Source: Balanoglossus misakiensis
Lineage: Eukaryota > Animalia > Hemichordata
Reading direction: 5' to 3'
Length of the DNA: 64,000 bases
Assembly (NCBI GenBank): GCA_040954595.2
Contig: CM082591.2
Coordinates: 7,678,047 to 7,742,046, forward strand
Under the pieces are notes generated by a model, which saw nothing but the letters and a program-made list of their open reading frames with translations, ran no database searches and was not told the DNA's origin. Below are positions 62,501-64,000 of this stretch, piece by piece; within the stretch, counting starts at the first letter, position 1, and the number at the start of each line of letters is the position of its first letter. Made by a program: the position numbers and the translations under genes.

Positions 62501-62820
62501 TGTTGGATGTTTTGCAGGTCCTTCAGGTCTGGAAAGTAGTTACTATGGTTAAAAAGCCAGTTTACTACTGGGGGATCTTCAAGAGGGTCTGCCCACTTGT
62601 TTCTTGTAGCTGGGATCAAAGTAGCACCAACACTCTTTGCATCTTTCTTTTGTTCTTCACTCAGTTCAACTTCAAGGGTAGTACAGTTGAATTCAGAAAC
62701 GTTCTCAGACTGGAGTGTGTTTTCTTGGAGATGTTTGATTATAGCTTGAGTTGGTTGGGAGGTCTTTGCCTCTTTGTCCCATGATTTCAATACAACCAGT
62801 GCTGCAGATGGTTCTGACAT
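49695..62820 (-). CDS. Uncharacterised multidomain gene: GT4-like glycosyltransferase region, putative TRADD-N-like domain, coiled coil, 36-aa repeat array, NHL beta-propeller; about 2769 aa, 8 coding exons
   Basis: Eight minus-strand exons with GT-AG boundaries join in frame (1714+453+80+79+261+537+4368+818 = 8310 nt). ATG at 62820 lies 7 nt after an acceptor, so an upstream exon probably exists. Confidence 0.78.
52109..56476 (-). CDS. Exon G: 4368-nt exon of 36-aa E/T/K/P-rich tandem repeats
   Basis: Stop-free frame; unique flanks with acceptor ttaaag and donor AAG/GTAAGG; phase 1-1; the most frequent unit variants are synonymous Pro codons. Confidence 0.72.
52190..56455 (-). repeat. Coding tandem repeat, 108-bp unit (two related 54-bp halves), about 39 copies
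   Basis: Unit MRREEETGSGETKHPQPETTAEKETGDAKTKPTQPE repeated with very few substitutions. Confidence 0.97.
56816..57352 (-). CDS. Exon F: coiled coil
   Basis: tttcag / GTGAGA; K/E/Q/L-rich heptads (LKQQMDETLAEKFKLRAENTILENQLKEAIQEKSLLEKQY). Confidence 0.8.
57779..58039 (-). CDS. Exon E (unassigned domain)
   Basis: cttgcag acceptor (an alternative in-frame acceptor lies near 58147); GTIYKTFLEIDP...ADFSES; donor GTAATA. Confidence 0.62.
58253..59545. mobile_element. Non-autonomous PIF/Harbinger-like element, about 1.3 kb
   Basis: TIR gggagccgtcattattta(t/c)ggcctgggggg; TTA at 58250-58252 and 59546-59548. Confidence 0.88.
59550..59628 (-). CDS. Exon D
   Basis: DQRTCLAFQDAEMEIHSDHFQIDLKR; phase 0 to 1; donor GTAAGG (GTAAGT before the transposon insertion). 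Confidence 0.6.
59812..59891 (-). CDS. Exon C (acidic linker)
   Basis: ttccag / GTAAAG; RDGGGIRSVKVCDNSVEEESDDDIIDQ; phase 1 to 0. Confidence 0.68.
60246..60698 (-). CDS. Exon B: putative TRADD-N-like domain
   Basis: ctccag acceptor, in frame with ORF 60232-60615; motif EVDITNMEKGSLQITANMRRLYNLYRL...LAKAFEPILMTDEM...LQLTATYD; donor GTAAGT. Confidence 0.72.
61107..62820 (-). CDS. Exon A: GT-B/GT4-like glycosyltransferase with a duplicated N-terminal Rossmann lobe
   Basis: 592-aa ORF. Motifs VLFVHDEW...GLTGFHRIL, ADIIFSIGPSV and SDICLPPPFSDDYGFSGLEGVASGTP (like GT4 D..V.PS..EGFGL..LEA.A.G.P). Donor GTACGT. Confidence 0.8.
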
Positions 62821-64000
62821 TGTATTCCTATCAGGAAGAAGTATGGGCAAGGAAATATGTGAGCTTGTAGCAACTGTTTCTCTGAAGAGTGACTGTTTAA
62901 ATATCCATGCACATAGTCACATTGCAATACTGAGTAGGGAGCTAGAAGGTCAAGTGAGGTCACAGTGGATTAGAAATCAGGCTACAACATGTCTGATATT
63001 AACCAAATACTGCAATATATGACATCATGAGTGACCATACAAATACACAGTTTTACGAAATGTACTCATTACCATAATCATTATTTAGGATTTGTTTTTC
63101 AGTATTTGTTGTTATTACATCTATTAAATAAAAGAATAAAGTGCTTTTCAGTGAGAACATGAAAGTGTTAAATTATGAGAATTTGAAGTCTGTAGACCTC
63201 CATATGACCAATGGCCAGGATGTGTGGTACTTTGTAACTTGTATAGCCTTTGTTATAGAATGGCGACAAAACATGTTGTTAATACATGTACAGTTATTCT
63301 ACATGATTGACAGATTGATACTGTGGAAGGGCAATGGAGCCTGGAAGGTCAAAGGAGGTCACACCGCGACAATATGTATGGTTTAAATGTTAACTATACT
63401 ATAGGGTACATTAACACCATGTCCAAGTATAATGGACAGAATAGGTAAACCTTAATCTATATTCTGTTATCATTTAATACCTAAAGGTGTGTGATCACAA
63501 TCTATTCTTTGGTACCTTGTTATCTTATCAAATATTTGCAGTGTGCAGACCACAGTTACCAGCAGCATTATGGTATTTGTAAAGTTTAGGTTTGAAATGA
63601 TCCATCAAAAGTGTTCTTGGGAGAAATATGTTGAAATGACAATCATTACTTATTGATCAAAATTGACCTGCATGCAGTGCATTTAAAATAAGTTTCATTC
63701 TTTCATTTTCAATTCATGTCTGGAAGGGAGCATTCAAAAAATTGACATGATAGCTTTTCCCCACACAAATTTGGACATGGGTGGGTACACACCACGTCTA
63801 TTATTAATATTCATGAGTTTACTTTTCTTGTTTACGTACACTCTTATAACAATTGAAAATCTTGAGAATGGCTATTACATCAAGTTGACAACCCCCCACA
63901 CGTGTACGTCATGTACATAAACAAAAATAGTCTGGTGTGTGGAGCCGCCTCCCTTTTATTACAGGAAGTACTTTCGAAATATTTTTTTATGCAATCACTC

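Overview
AT-rich animal genomic DNA, probably from a marine invertebrate (inference from gene content and repeat types). There are two convergent, multi-exon genes. (1) On the + strand, a complete GNPTAB (GlcNAc-1-phosphotransferase alpha/beta precursor) at 4689-27697. I assembled 27 coding exons by hand with consistent phases (4269 nt, about 1422 aa). It has one GC-AG intron and a coding minisatellite in exon 19. (2) On the - strand, an uncharacterised gene of about 2770 codons at 62820-49695. It encodes a duplicated GT-B/GT4-like glycosyltransferase region, a putative TRADD-N-like domain, a coiled coil, about 39 near-perfect 36-aa repeats in one 4.4-kb exon, and a C-terminal NHL beta-propeller. 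This looks like a modular innate-immunity/conflict protein and is the most interesting feature here. Between the two 3' ends lie a 16-kb homogeneous 112-bp satellite with nested higher-order duplications and two shorter tandem arrays (about 171 and 166 bp). Introns and intergenic DNA carry many MITEs (TWA, TA and TTAA target sites), a tRNA-derived SINE and long-hairpin repeats. No prokaryotic features, CRISPR array, rRNA or true tRNA were seen. Domain names come from motif recognition only; no searches were run.
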